Of a stretch of 50,234 bases of DNA, positions 7,401 through 17,958 are shown piece after piece. Every line of letters begins with the position of its first letter. Positions within the stretch are counted from its first letter, which is position 1. A program made the translations under genes and the position numbers. The notes beneath the pieces were generated by a model. The model was not told the DNA's origin. It searched no databases and saw nothing but the letters and a program-made list of their open reading frames with translations. This stretch comes from Coleofasciculus sp. B1-GNL1-01 (lineage in GTDB: Bacteria; Cyanobacteriota; Cyanobacteriia; Cyanobacteriales; Coleofasciculaceae): NCBI GenBank assembly GCA_040220235.1, contig JAVJTO010000105.1. One strand, 5' to 3'.

Positions 7401-9386
7401 ATGATATTCCTGGAACTCGCCCTGCAAAACTTTGGTCCCTATCAAGGGCGACAAGTCATCAACCTCCGTCCCGAAACTAACAATTCTACCCATCCGATTA
7501 TTCTATTTGGCGGGATGAATGGGGGTGGAAAAACTACCCTGATGGACGCCATTCGCCTCACTCTCTACGGTTCCCGCGCCCAATGTTCCACTAGGGGAAA
7601 TTTAAGCTATAACGACTTTCTCAACCAATGCGTGAACCGGAACACTCCGCCCACAGAAAACACTCGGATTGAATTAGCCTTTGAAGTCGTCGAAGAGGAT
7701 AAACCTAGGACTCTGAGAATTGTCCGTTATTGGACAAAAGACCCCAAAGAGGGGAAAGACACTCTAGGTATTTTAGTGGATGAAGAGTGGCCCGATAAAG
7801 CCCTGGCAAATACCTGGGATGACTATATCGAAAATCTGCTTCCTCTGGGTATTTCTAATCTCTTTCTCTTTGATGGGGAACAAGTCAAAGAATTGGCAGA
7901 ACTAGAAACTCCACCTCCTTTGGTAGTAAGTGCGATTCAATCCCTGCTGGGGTTAGAACTGGCTGAACGCCTATCCACAGATTTAGATATTCTCGCCAGT
8001 CGCAAGCGCCGGGATATTGCCAATCAGAAAGAACTGGAAACCTTAGATAACATTGAAGCCAAACTTATTGACCAAAAAGAAAAACAAGAAGCGGCGACAC
8101 AAGACTTAAGCGCCCTAAAATCCAAACTGGACTATGCTGCAAAAGAACAACAGGTAGCGTCGGATAAATTTGTCTCCGAAGGCGGTAAACTTGCCAGCGA
8201 ACGCAGTCAACTGGAAGCCCAATCGAAAACACTGATTGAACAAGCGAATCAGGTGCGTCAAGAGATGCGAGATTTGGCGGCTGGTGTACTTCCCCTCTCT
8301 CTGATTTCTCCGCTATTGGAACAAGCGAAAGCCCAAGCGGAACAGGAACAAAAACAGCACCAAGTTAAACTGACACGAGATGTGTTGAAAGAACGGGATG
8401 TTCGGTTAATTCAGTATATCAAAAAAATCTCCTTAACCCCCAAGCGAGTCAATCAGATTCAATCGTTTATAGAGACTGAAAATCAAGAACTGGATCAAGA
8501 AATTGCCGCCCAAGAGGAACCGTGGTTATTAGCCGATGAAGCCGCCATCACTCGCCTAGAAACCCTGCTGAACTATGAACTCTCAACCGCACAAACCAAC
8601 GCCCAAAGCCAACGCGAACGCCTGCAAGCCCTAGAAACTGAAATTGATGCGTTAGATCGGCAAATTGCTACCGCCGCGTCTCCTGAAGCCTACAACGCCC
8701 TGAAACAGGCATTTACTGACGCCCAAAATCAAGTGATCAAGGTTAAAGCGGCTTACGAAAATGCTTCTCGCCGCTGTGATGAAATAGATCGTCAAATTAG
8801 GGAAACGAAAAAGGAGTTAGAAGATTATGCGGATGAAACGATTAAACTGAAAAATAATCAGCATATTATTAATTCGATTGCCAAGGTTAAAACCACATTG
8901 GAACTCTTTCGAGAGAAATTAACTCTGAAAAAACTCAACAAACTGGAAATCGAAGTTACCGAATGCTTCCGTTATCTGCTGCATAAATCCGACTTAGTTC
9001 ACCGCGTCGCCATTGACACCCACAGCTTCAGCCTGTCTCTCTATGATCCCGAAGGACAACCAATTCCCAAACATCGTCTCTCGGCGGGGGAAAAGCAACT
9101 ATTAGCAATTTCCTTTCTTTGGGGACTTGCCCGTGTTTCTGGGCGTCATCTTCCGGTAGCGATTGATACACCGTTAGGACGGTTAGATTCCTCTCACCGG
9201 AGTAATTTAGTGGAACGGTATTTCCCTACGGCGTCCCATCAAGTGATCCTGTTATCCACGGATACGGAAATTAGGGAAACTGAGGTAAAACGCCTCCGAG
9301 AATTAGACGCGATCGCCCAAGAGTATTGTCTGAATTATGACCCCCAAGAACGGCAGACGATTGTGGAACCGGGTTATTTTTGGTAA
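7401..9386 (+). CDS. dndD: DNA sulfur modification protein DndD (SMC-like ATPase)
   Basis: Walker A GMNGGGKTT, LFLFDGEQ, long coiled coil, LSAGEKQ, IDTPLGRLDS.HR, QVILLSTDTEI, C-terminal GYFW. Confidence 0.96.
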   Translation: MIFLELALQNFGPYQGRQVINLRPETNNSTHPIILFGGMNGGGKTTLMDAIRLTLYGSRAQCSTRGNLSYNDFLNQCVNRNTPPTENTRIELAFEVVEEDKPRTLRIVRYWTKDPKEGKDTLGILVDEEWPDKALANTWDDYIENLLPLGISNLFLFDGEQVKELAELETPPPLVVSAIQSLLGLELAERLSTDLDILASRKRRDIANQKELETLDNIEAKLIDQKEKQEAATQDLSALKSKLDYAAKEQQVASDKFVSEGGKLASERSQLEAQSKTLIEQANQVRQEMRDLAAGVLPLSLISPLLEQAKAQAEQEQKQHQVKLTRDVLKERDVRLIQYIKKISLTPKRVNQIQSFIETENQELDQEIAAQEEPWLLADEAAITRLETLLNYELSTAQTNAQSQRERLQALETEIDALDRQIATAASPEAYNALKQAFTDAQNQVIKVKAAYENASRRCDEIDRQIRETKKELEDYADETIKLKNNQHIINSIAKVKTTLELFREKLTLKKLNKLEIEVTECFRYLLHKSDLVHRVAIDTHSFSLSLYDPEGQPIPKHRLSAGEKQLLAISFLWGLARVSGRHLPVAIDTPLGRLDSSHRSNLVERYFPTASHQVILLSTDTEIRETEVKRLRELDAIAQEYCLNYDPQERQTIVEPGYFW

Positions 9387-9469
9387 GGATTGGGGGAGAA
9401 TGGGTTGGGGGGGGGTTCGCGATCGCACGCCGCATCTCCCCCAGCTTCCAGACGCGCCGTGGTGCGTCT

Positions 9470-9640
9470 CTACTTGGCATCTCCCGGTTTATTCAATGCC
9501 GCCAAATATTTACTCAGCGCTTCTCCTAACTCTTGTTCTGGGGATTTCTTTTTCGCGGGAGGTTTTTTCTTCGGTGCAAAGCCGCCAAAGAACCACATCC
9601 AAAACAGGGCATACATTGCAATTATTACAAAACCAGACAT
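9470..9640 (-). CDS. Small single-TM membrane protein (~56 aa)
   Basis: Hydrophobic N-terminus (MSGFVIIAMYALFWMWFFGG), then a Lys/Pro linker and an amphipathic helix. Start uncertain (9640 or 9676). Confidence 0.55.
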   Translation of the reverse strand: MSGFVIIAMYALFWMWFFGGFAPKKKPPAKKKSPEQELGEALSKYLAALNKPGDAK

Positions 9641-9727
9641 GATAATAATAAATCCTAAAAGACACTCGTGAAACAAGTCTGCTGAGATTCTTCAGGATAG
9701 AATTTATTCTATCCGGATAAAATTCAG

Positions 9728-11944
9728 CTAGTTAGCACCCTCTTTTAGCGATTTCAATACGATTTTATCCTCTATTATTTCAATAGTCTGGTTTTCCACC
9801 TGAATTCGGGGATTGAATCCAGGTCTTAAAACCTCAACCTCAGGCGCTGTCCCGGATTGAACGGTCATGACTACAATAAAGCGATCGCGCCCTGTGGCTT
9901 GAATCCTTCCTCCTGTCTCACTGGGGATAAATTCCAGGTTCACATCGGAGGGTGTAATAAAGGTTCCTTGCATCGTCGCCCCAGATTCCGCCTCTAGGGT
10001 AAACTGTTGACCCTGAATCGTCACCTTTTCCTGGGTATGCATAATCCAGGTTTGATCTGCTTCTGCGGCGTCAACCACCTGATCCACCAAGACAAACAAC
10101 CCCGGTACACCAGATGCGCCACTATAATCCACCGCGAGCGATCGCAACCAGTTCTGGTGGTGTAAACTAACCATACCCGACCCATCCGGATTTGCCTGAA
10201 ATCCCGTCACTTTCGCCGTCTTCCCCGCTTGTTTTTCCGGTAGCAACACCACATTTTCATCCCTCTGTGTCCCATCAGATGCCGATCCTGCTGTCGCCCA
10301 GCGCCCTCCTAAGCCCCAAATCCGGAAACTTCCCGCATCGGGAAATGACCAATGTCCGCCTCTGGGTTTTTCTCGCTTGACAAAAATACTGGTGACAAAA
10401 TCATTCTCATCTCGCCATTGATTGCGGAACGTAAAGAAGCCTTTTTGGGCATCCACTATTACCCGCCCCCATACCTCTGCGGGGTTCTGGAGGGTTACGT
10501 CTTGAGGATATCCGGCGAAAATATACGCCGCTTCATGGGGTAACTCTATGCCAAAACTGTTATCCCCCTTCCTCCCCCAATGACGGTTAAAGAACCACAT
10601 AACTCCCGGTAGCAGCCGTTCCGGGACTATCCCCAATCCCACCGCAAAGATAGAACCCGTGGGGCTTAAGCGATGACGCCCATAGGTGGGAATCGCCACC
10701 TCCCCGTCTTCACCCACCATTCGGGTTACATACTGAGGTAGAAACCAAGCCGCGTGCGATCGCGTGACCAAATCTTCCCCCAATACAGTCTGGTAAGCTT
10801 GTAAAAAGGGCATTACCGTGAGAAACCAGGGTTCGGTACTGTAATGATCACCCTCCGACCCAAAACCGCGATCGCCAATGCCAATCGTCAGATAGCGTTT
10901 AATATTCCGTTCCGCCACTTTCAGCCAACGCCAACTCTGGGCATCCCCCTCCTCCAGTAGCGCCAACGCCGCTAACCCCGCCGCCCCTCGCGCCCTCGCA
11001 TTCCAGTTACTCGCCGGGTTAGGATTCCAGCCATCACCCGCCGTTCCTTTCACCAGCAGGGCGGTTTGAGTCCCTAACCAATCGGCGACTTGTTGGATCT
11101 GTTCCTGATCCCAAGCCGGATAACACAAATCATACGCCAACGCCACGCCTGCAACTACTGTAGAATGTTCTAGTAAACGGCGTCCGGGTTGGTTCATGGA
11201 ATTAACCGTAATCTGCCAAGCGGTTGCAGCAGCAGCTTGATCCTGCTGGATTAGGGAGAGGAAGCAGTAACCAGCCGCGTGATAGCCACCAGTTGGCACA
11301 TAGCCATCGTAATAGATGGGTTGGTCTAGACTCCGTTGCAACTGTGCCAGAATTGCCTCACCCCTGGGGGTTTTAGCCTGCTGACGCAATTGGGGAAGTT
11401 GATCTGGGCGAAAAATTAATCGAGGATGTTCCTGGGGGCGCAGAGGACGATGATTTGCCACAGGTTTTGACCAATGGGGACGAATAATTCCCTGGACTTC
11501 TCCCTTGACAGGTTGGTCATTTAGGGTTCCAGAATAAGTGCCAATTAGTTGATTATCGTCATGCAAGCGCACTTGGATATCATACTCTGCTTGTCCTTCT
11601 AGGGATTGCCAAGGATCAGGACTAATTTGCATCTGCACATCCAGGTTCCATAACCGTCCCCGTTGACTTGTCTGGAGAACTCCCTGATGATCCGCCTGAT
11701 TGAACTTCGGCGCAAATCCCCATACTTCGCGATCGCACTTATTCGCATCACAGACTAAATCGAGGGTAATATCCTGATAAACAGGTTCCCCTTCCCAGGT
11801 TTTCCACACGCCACGTTTTAGGGTTAAACGGATATCCCCGGATAACATAGCTGGATCAATCATTCCTGCTGGGGAAGGATGAGAACCGCCTAGCCAAAAT
11901 AGAAATGACGCGGTGATTAAATAAAGGATTTTGTTATTAGTCAT
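9728..11944 (-). CDS. Secreted protein with heparinase II/III-like (polysaccharide lyase-type) architecture
   Basis: Signal peptide, HPRLIF, Ala-rich helical repeats, SNW, EGDHY, PDAGSF and a beta-rich C-terminus. Confidence 0.6.
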   Translation of the reverse strand: MTNNKILYLITASFLFWLGGSHPSPAGMIDPAMLSGDIRLTLKRGVWKTWEGEPVYQDITLDLVCDANKCDREVWGFAPKFNQADHQGVLQTSQRGRLWNLDVQMQISPDPWQSLEGQAEYDIQVRLHDDNQLIGTYSGTLNDQPVKGEVQGIIRPHWSKPVANHRPLRPQEHPRLIFRPDQLPQLRQQAKTPRGEAILAQLQRSLDQPIYYDGYVPTGGYHAAGYCFLSLIQQDQAAAATAWQITVNSMNQPGRRLLEHSTVVAGVALAYDLCYPAWDQEQIQQVADWLGTQTALLVKGTAGDGWNPNPASNWNARARGAAGLAALALLEEGDAQSWRWLKVAERNIKRYLTIGIGDRGFGSEGDHYSTEPWFLTVMPFLQAYQTVLGEDLVTRSHAAWFLPQYVTRMVGEDGEVAIPTYGRHRLSPTGSIFAVGLGIVPERLLPGVMWFFNRHWGRKGDNSFGIELPHEAAYIFAGYPQDVTLQNPAEVWGRVIVDAQKGFFTFRNQWRDENDFVTSIFVKREKPRGGHWSFPDAGSFRIWGLGGRWATAGSASDGTQRDENVVLLPEKQAGKTAKVTGFQANPDGSGMVSLHHQNWLRSLAVDYSGASGVPGLFVLVDQVVDAAEADQTWIMHTQEKVTIQGQQFTLEAESGATMQGTFITPSDVNLEFIPSETGGRIQATGRDRFIVVMTVQSGTAPEVEVLRPGFNPRIQVENQTIEIIEDKIVLKSLKEGAN

Positions 11945-11978
11945 TTGTCATTTGTCATTTGTCATTGGTAAGGCGCTT

Positions 11979-12041
11979 GTAGGGGCGACCCGCTTGCATT
12001 AATTAACAACTCTTGTCCACCCACTTGGATCGGGTCGCCCT
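11979..12041 (+). repeat. GTAG-type REP-like palindromic element
   Basis: GTAGGGGCGACCCG...CGGGTCGCCCT; same family as 661-722. Confidence 0.85.
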
Positions 12042-12272
12042 CTCCTCAAATTTAACTTGACACAATAGCACGTTAGTAATAGAATATTTATTCGCAAATT
12101 TTTCTGTTATTCATAACCGATACAACTCCTCTCCGGAAAACGTTCAGATGTAAATTAAAATTAATTAAACCTAAATTAGCTATCGTTTTTTATAATTTTA
12201 TAACTTCAAGGAAAAAAATACTGGCATAAGCGAAAAAATTGAGCTATAGATCCTTCCTTAACTCTTACTCCC

Positions 12273-15200
12273 ATGAAATCTGCTCAATGGTGCTTTAGCT
12301 GGTTGTTTCTAGTTGCGGGTTTAATTTTGGTGGCGAAGACAGCGCCGACTACGAACGCTGAACCGATTACCGCCGCCCCTGATGGTACGGGGACAGTTAT
12401 CACACCGGAGGGGAATCAGTTTAACATTTCCGGGGGGAGTCTGGATGCAGATGAGGCGAATCTCTTCCACAGTTTTCAGGAATTTGGCTTAGATGCAGGG
12501 CAAATTGCCAATTTTCTGGCGAATCCGAATTTGAGGACTATTTTGGGGCGAGTGGTTGGCGGAAATCCCTCACTGATTAATGGCTTGATTCAGGTGACAG
12601 GAGGAACGCCGAATTTATATTTGATGAATCCAGCCGGGATTGTATTTGGCACAAATGCTCAATTAAATGTTCCCGCCGATTTTATCGCAACAACGGCGAC
12701 AGGGATTGGCTTTAATCAGGGGAATTGGTTCAATGCATTTGGAGATAATAATTATCAGCAGTTGGTAGGAGATCCCAACCAATTTGCCTTTGATTTATCC
12801 CAACCGGGAACAATTATCAATGCTGGGAATTTAACTGTTTCTCCAGGACAGACGTTAACCCTATTAGGGGGAACCGTGATTAACACCGGGGAACTAACAG
12901 CACCTGGGGGACAGATTACAATTACGGCAGTTGAAGGGTCAAATCGGGTCAGGATTTCTCAGCCGGGACAGTTACTCTCATTAGAGATTGTTGCGCCTCG
13001 GAATCAAGACGGGGTATTAGTGCCAATCACGCCATTAAATGTCGCCGAGTTGTTAACGGGTTCAGCGGACAAGGTAGAGACTGGCGTTGATGTTACCGCA
13101 TCGGGAGAGGTACAGTTAGCGGATTCTCAGATAACTGTACCAAACGAAACAGGAGTTGCAATTATTTCTGGCACAATTGATGTTTCCACGATTGACGAAA
13201 CCATTGGCGAAACCGTAGGGGCGCACCGACGTGCGCCCTCCTCCTCCTCACCATTAACTGGCAATGAAATCAATGTTATTGGTAAAAAAGTTGGGTTACT
13301 TTCCGCCAATCTTGACGCCTCTGGTATCAATGGTGGCGGTACGGTGAGAATTGGTGGCGATTATCAAGGTGAAGGCACAATTCCCAATGCTGATATCACC
13401 TTTGTTAGCGAAGATTCAACCATTAATTCAGATGCTTTAACTGATGGGAATGGTGGACAGATTATTGTTTGGGCAGATGAAGCCAGCCGTTTTTATGGAA
13501 CACTTACAGCACGAGGCGGTAGCGAAAGTGGTAATGGTGGCTTTGCTGAAATATCGGGCAAACAGTATCTAGATTATGCTGGCACTGTTAATTTACTAGC
13601 GATGCAAGGTCAATTGGGTCAGTTGCTCTTAGACCCCGAAAATATAACCGTTATCGTAGGTGAAAACACTCCTAATCAACTAGCCGCAAATGATGCATTT
13701 AATGATCCTGGAGAAGATAACACGATTAATAATGGCACGATTAATGCTGCCGTGGCAAACGTGATTCTGCAAGCGACTAATAATATTACATTTGATGCAC
13801 CGATTAATATTAGTGCAAGCGGAGTCGGATTTACCGCTCAAGCCAATAATGAGATTGTCGTTAATCAGAACATTAGAACGAATGGTGGGAATGTCACCCT
13901 TAATGCTGATTTCGATAATATAAATGGTGGTCTTCTCGACATCACCAATGCCACTATTGATACAGGGGGTGGCAATTTCATCGGCACTGGCAGGGGTAAT
14001 GCTGCCTCTACTTCTGGCGTTACTATTAAGAACAGTACCATTAACACTGGAGATGGCAGTATTGATATTACAGGTACGGGAGGTGACGGTGGTGACGATA
14101 ATTTCGGTATTGTTGTGAACGATGGTAGTGTAATAGAAACAACTGGAATAGGTGCGATTAATCTAACAGGTACAGGTGGAAATGGGATAGACAATAATGA
14201 TGGAATTAGTATTAGTAATTTAAACTCCCGTATCTCTTCAGTGAATGGAACGATTAGTTTGACAGGTACGGGTGGTGCGGGAACGGGAGAATTTAACGAT
14301 GGTATTTCTATTGTCGAGGGGAGTACGGTGACATCCTCCGGAAACGGAAATATTACTCTCGTGGGAACAGGTGGACAAGGAACGATAAGTAATCAAGGTA
14401 TTGTCATCTTAGAAGAAAACTCCAGAGTCACTTCAGTGAATGGCGCTATTTTTCTCCAGGGAACCAGTCAAGGAACGGGAACAGATCATTATGGAATTTG
14501 GGTGGGCGGATTTACTGGTTTAGGGTTTGGTGGCGGTGTTGTCCAAACAACGGGGACAGGTAATATTAGTTTAGAAGGAATTATTAATGGTTCAGACAAC
14601 ACCAGCGAGGGAATTTTAGTTGGAGATGATGGTGGAATTGCGGCTATCGGACTGGGTAATATCAGCCTCACCGCGAATGAAATCAGATTAGGGACAATTC
14701 AAGGCAATACTCTACTTCAAGTACAACCCCTAGACGCCAATTTAGGGATTACAATTGGCAACACGATTAATGATACTCGCTTGAATCTCAATACCAACGA
14801 ACTCAATCGTTTACAAAACGGATTTACTCAACTTATTATCGGACGCGACAATAACACAGGTACAATAACCTTGGCGGGTGATGCGACATTTAATGACCCC
14901 GTTACCTTACAAGCCAATTCGATTAACTACACAAGCGGTACATTATTCGGAGATGATAACGCCACATTAACGCTATTGGCAAACCAAGATATCACCACAG
15001 GCGATATTTTAAATCCTAGTCGGGACATTACTTTAACCAGCGATAATGGAACCGTTACTACCGGAAACCTGAATAGTTCTGGAAACAGCGGCGGTAATAT
15101 CGTAATTCAAGCAGAACAGGCGATTACAACAGGCGAAATTAATACCAGTGGGAGTATTGGTGATGGTGGTAATGTTATTTTAGACCCCAGTGGCGATATT

Positions 15201-16934
15201 CAGGTTAGCGTGATTAATGCCCAAGGTGGGAGTAATGGAAACGGCGGTAATGTTGATATCACCACAGAGCGATTTTTCCGCGCTACGAATGATTTTACTG
15301 ACCAAAATGGGACTCTTACCAGTATCTCCACAGCAGGCGGAATCGAAGGTGGTGATATTACAATTCGTCACTGGGGTGGTTTACGGGGAACATCGTTTGA
15401 TGTAGGAGATGGAACAACCAATGGGACAAGTGCAGGGATTAGCAGTGGTGAGTTTACTATCTTCCCATTTGAATCGTTTCCGGGTAGTTTCACGTTAGGA
15501 AATATTCAGATTATTACCCCGACAATTACGGGAACTTGTCCACCTTATTGTTCCCAGACTGATGACACTGACGATATCACAAAAGAGAGTGCGATAGTCG
15601 CGAGTTCCCCGGTTTTCAATCCCGTTGCTGAAGCTGAAGCGGCGTTTACAAATCAATATGAGGAGTATTTTGGGTTAGGGGATACGCCAATTATTACCTT
15701 GGCACAAGCCCAAGCCACGTTACAACGAATTGAACGGGTGGCTGGGGTAAAACCTGCGCTGGTTTATGTCATGTTTGTGCCGACAAATGCGTCAGTTAAG
15801 CATTTAGGGAAACGCAGAGGTTCGCAGAGGGTAGCGCAGAGGTTCGCAGAGGGGGATGGCGGTTTGGTGGCGATGTCTGAGGAGGATTTGTTGGCTTCTT
15901 CAGGGGAACAATTGGAGTTGATTTTGGTGACGGCTGAGGGGGAACCGATACGATTTCCTGTGCCGGGGGCGACGCGAGAGAAGGTTTTGAATAGGAGTCA
16001 ACAATTGCGTCGCGCTGTGACGGATGTGCGGATTCCTCGTCCTTATCTTCCGGTGTCACAACAGCTTTATCAGTGGTTAATTGCGCCTTTGGAAGCAGAG
16101 TTACAGAGGCGAGAGATTAATAATTTGGCGTTTGTTGTGGATGTGGGGTTGCGTTCGTTACCAATGGCGGTTTTGCATGATGGAAATGGGTTTATTTTGG
16201 AACGCTATAGTATTGGGTTGATGCCGAGTTTATCGCTGACGGATACCCGCTATGTGGATGTGCGAAATCTGGAGGTGTTGGCGATGGGGGCTTCGGAATT
16301 TCAAGATCAAAATCCTTTACCGGCTGTCCCGATTGAGTTGGCGACGATTACTGATAAATTATGGCAGGGTGAATCCTTTCTAAATTATACGTTTACTCCC
16401 CAAAGATTGAAAACAGTTCGCAATCGAACCCCGTTTGGTATCCTCCACTTAGCCACCCATGGGGAGTTTAAATCGGGTAAGCCGGAAAACTCTTATATCC
16501 AGTTTTGGGATACCAGACTATCCTTGAACCAAATTCGAGAATTAGGGTTAAGTAATCCACCTGTGGAACTGATGGTATTAAGCGCCTGTCGCACAGCGTT
16601 AGGCAATGAAGAAGCTGAGTTAGGATTTACTGGGTTAGCGGTACAAGCGGGAGTAAAATCTGCCTTGGGAAGTCTCTGGTATGTTAGCGATGATGCGACG
16701 TTGGGGTTAATGACTACCTTTTATTCCCAGTTAAAGCAAGTTCCGATTAAAGCTGAAGCATTGCGACAGGCACAGTTAGCGATGATTCGGGGTGAGGTGC
16801 GAATAGAAAATGGTCAATTGGTTACTCCGAATCAGACTATTCCTTTACCGCCCCAGTTAGCGGATTTACCCGATAGAGAATTGACGCATCCGTATTATTG
16901 GAGTGCGTTTACATTAGTGGGAAGTCCGTGGTAA
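12273..16934 (+). CDS. Filamentous haemagglutinin (TPS) N-terminal domain and beta-helix protein with a C-terminal CHAT peptidase domain
   Basis: Signal peptide, [21 protein letters not shown]-rich repeats. CHAT dyad motifs LHLATHG and VLSAC, ending [15 protein letters not shown]. Confidence 0.93.
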   Translation: MKSAQWCFSWLFLVAGLILVAKTAPTTNAEPITAAPDGTGTVITPEGNQFNISGGSLDADEANLFHSFQEFGLDAGQIANFLANPNLRTILGRVVGGNPSLINGLIQVTGGTPNLYLMNPAGIVFGTNAQLNVPADFIATTATGIGFNQGNWFNAFGDNNYQQLVGDPNQFAFDLSQPGTIINAGNLTVSPGQTLTLLGGTVINTGELTAPGGQITITAVEGSNRVRISQPGQLLSLEIVAPRNQDGVLVPITPLNVAELLTGSADKVETGVDVTASGEVQLADSQITVPNETGVAIISGTIDVSTIDETIGETVGAHRRAPSSSSPLTGNEINVIGKKVGLLSANLDASGINGGGTVRIGGDYQGEGTIPNADITFVSEDSTINSDALTDGNGGQIIVWADEASRFYGTLTARGGSESGNGGFAEISGKQYLDYAGTVNLLAMQGQLGQLLLDPENITVIVGENTPNQLAANDAFNDPGEDNTINNGTINAAVANVILQATNNITFDAPINISASGVGFTAQANNEIVVNQNIRTNGGNVTLNADFDNINGGLLDITNATIDTGGGNFIGTGRGNAASTSGVTIKNSTINTGDGSIDITGTGGDGGDDNFGIVVNDGSVIETTGIGAINLTGTGGNGIDNNDGISISNLNSRISSVNGTISLTGTGGAGTGEFNDGISIVEGSTVTSSGNGNITLVGTGGQGTISNQGIVILEENSRVTSVNGAIFLQGTSQGTGTDHYGIWVGGFTGLGFGGGVVQTTGTGNISLEGIINGSDNTSEGILVGDDGGIAAIGLGNISLTANEIRLGTIQGNTLLQVQPLDANLGITIGNTINDTRLNLNTNELNRLQNGFTQLIIGRDNNTGTITLAGDATFNDPVTLQANSINYTSGTLFGDDNATLTLLANQDITTGDILNPSRDITLTSDNGTVTTGNLNSSGNSGGNIVIQAEQAITTGEINTSGSIGDGGNVILDPSGDIQVSVINAQGGSNGNGGNVDITTERFFRATNDFTDQNGTLTSISTAGGIEGGDITIRHWGGLRGTSFDVGDGTTNGTSAGISSGEFTIFPFESFPGSFTLGNIQIITPTITGTCPPYCSQTDDTDDITKESAIVASSPVFNPVAEAEAAFTNQYEEYFGLGDTPIITLAQAQATLQRIERVAGVKPALVYVMFVPTNASVKHLGKRRGSQRVAQRFAEGDGGLVAMSEEDLLASSGEQLELILVTAEGEPIRFPVPGATREKVLNRSQQLRRAVTDVRIPRPYLPVSQQLYQWLIAPLEAELQRREINNLAFVVDVGLRSLPMAVLHDGNGFILERYSIGLMPSLSLTDTRYVDVRNLEVLAMGASEFQDQNPLPAVPIELATITDKLWQGESFLNYTFTPQRLKTVRNRTPFGILHLATHGEFKSGKPENSYIQFWDTRLSLNQIRELGLSNPPVELMVLSACRTALGNEEAELGFTGLAVQAGVKSALGSLWYVSDDATLGLMTTFYSQLKQVPIKAEALRQAQLAMIRGEVRIENGQLVTPNQTIPLPPQLADLPDRELTHPYYWSAFTLVGSPW

Positions 16935-16995
16935 AAATTAGGATAAGGCAGAGGGCAGAAGGAAGGTTGCAAGATGAAAGGAAATGATATTACCG

Positions 16996-17155
16996 ATGAC
17001 GGAGGGCGGGTTTTGTTGGGAAGTTATCAGGAAGTATCAAGATGAAACGGCTAAACCCGCCCCTACAATTGACTTTTCACGATATGACGGAGGGCGGGTT
17101 TTGCTTAAAGGTTATCAGTGGGCATTACAATTAAGCGGCTAAACCCGCCCCTACA
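16996..17155 (-). repeat. Two tandem REP-like elements GGGCGGGTTT...AAACCCGCCCCTAC
   Basis: Two ~70-bp units with conserved arms and variable loops, between convergent genes. Confidence 0.85.
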
Positions 17156-17175
17156 CTGTATCTACACTTGACTGA

Positions 17176-17472
17176 TTACTTTTTTTTCAAGGCTTGTGAA
17201 ATCGCACCTTCTAATTCTCGCTTACTCAACTCAGTAACAATAAACACTTCTTGAAAGGTTTTACCAGAGCGAGCTATAATTTTATATCCACCCCGAATGG
17301 GTACAGACACTTTTAACTCTAAGCGAGGACGATGGCTTCTCGCCCGTCCAATGACAGCCGGCGTAATCGTTTGAATCCCAGTATAGCTAGTGAGACGTTC
17401 TAGAACCGGAATCAACCCGGGTAAGTGAGTTGAGTGATTCCAAACCAGTCTACCGCCATTGGACTTACCCAT
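17176..17472 (-). CDS. DUF2103 family protein
   Basis: GRLVWNHSTHLPGLIPVLE...QEVFIVT matches this conserved cyanobacterial family. Confidence 0.8.
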   Translation of the reverse strand: MGKSNGGRLVWNHSTHLPGLIPVLERLTSYTGIQTITPAVIGRARSHRPRLELKVSVPIRGGYKIIARSGKTFQEVFIVTELSKRELEGAISQALKKK

Positions 17473-17564
17473 GATATATTTTTGTCTATCTAAATTGCAT
17501 GTCGATCAGTTTTGTGCAAAATCATTACCCCCTCTCCCAGACGTAGCATTCTACGTCTCTACAT

Positions 17565-17891
17565 TTACGCCGCCTCCAAAGGAGCCATAGTTAATCCAGC
17601 CCGACTTAGCTGTTGGTGATAGAGTTCAGCTTGTTCCTGAGGACCAACCCAAACAATGGCTTGACCTTCAAAGTGAACCTGATTTGTCAGTTTCCAAGCG
17701 TAATCGCTGCTCATTCCGGGAATATACTTCACCAAGCAGTCATGGACGTGCTGAAAGGTGTTGAAATCATCATCGAGAACAATAACCTTATAGTTGGGAT
17801 AAGGCTTGCGGGTAACTTGACGCGATTTTTCAGGAGCTTGAGTTGGTGCAGCAGATGTCGCTGAACGAGCTGCTGAAATTACCACAGTCAT
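17565..17891 (-). CDS. clpS: ATP-dependent Clp protease adaptor ClpS (ClpS2-like)
   Basis: YKVIVLDDDFNTFQHV...VHFEGQAIVW...AELY. Confidence 0.92.
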   Translation of the reverse strand: MTVVISAARSATSAAPTQAPEKSRQVTRKPYPNYKVIVLDDDFNTFQHVHDCLVKYIPGMSSDYAWKLTNQVHFEGQAIVWVGPQEQAELYHQQLSRAGLTMAPLEAA

Positions 17892-17958
17892 AGGGCTTGT
17901 AACAAAATTCTGCTAAAAAAGTCAAAAACGTATTATTCTAGTTTACCGCAGTTTGGCA

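Noticed and set aside
9337..9671. Plus-strand ORFs after dndD as a possible dndE
   Set aside because: No resemblance to DndE. They run through repeats and are antisense to a more plausible small gene.
16996..17155. Possible mini-CRISPR (conserved ends, variable middles)
   Set aside because: Only two units, and each is an inverted-repeat element of the dispersed REP family.
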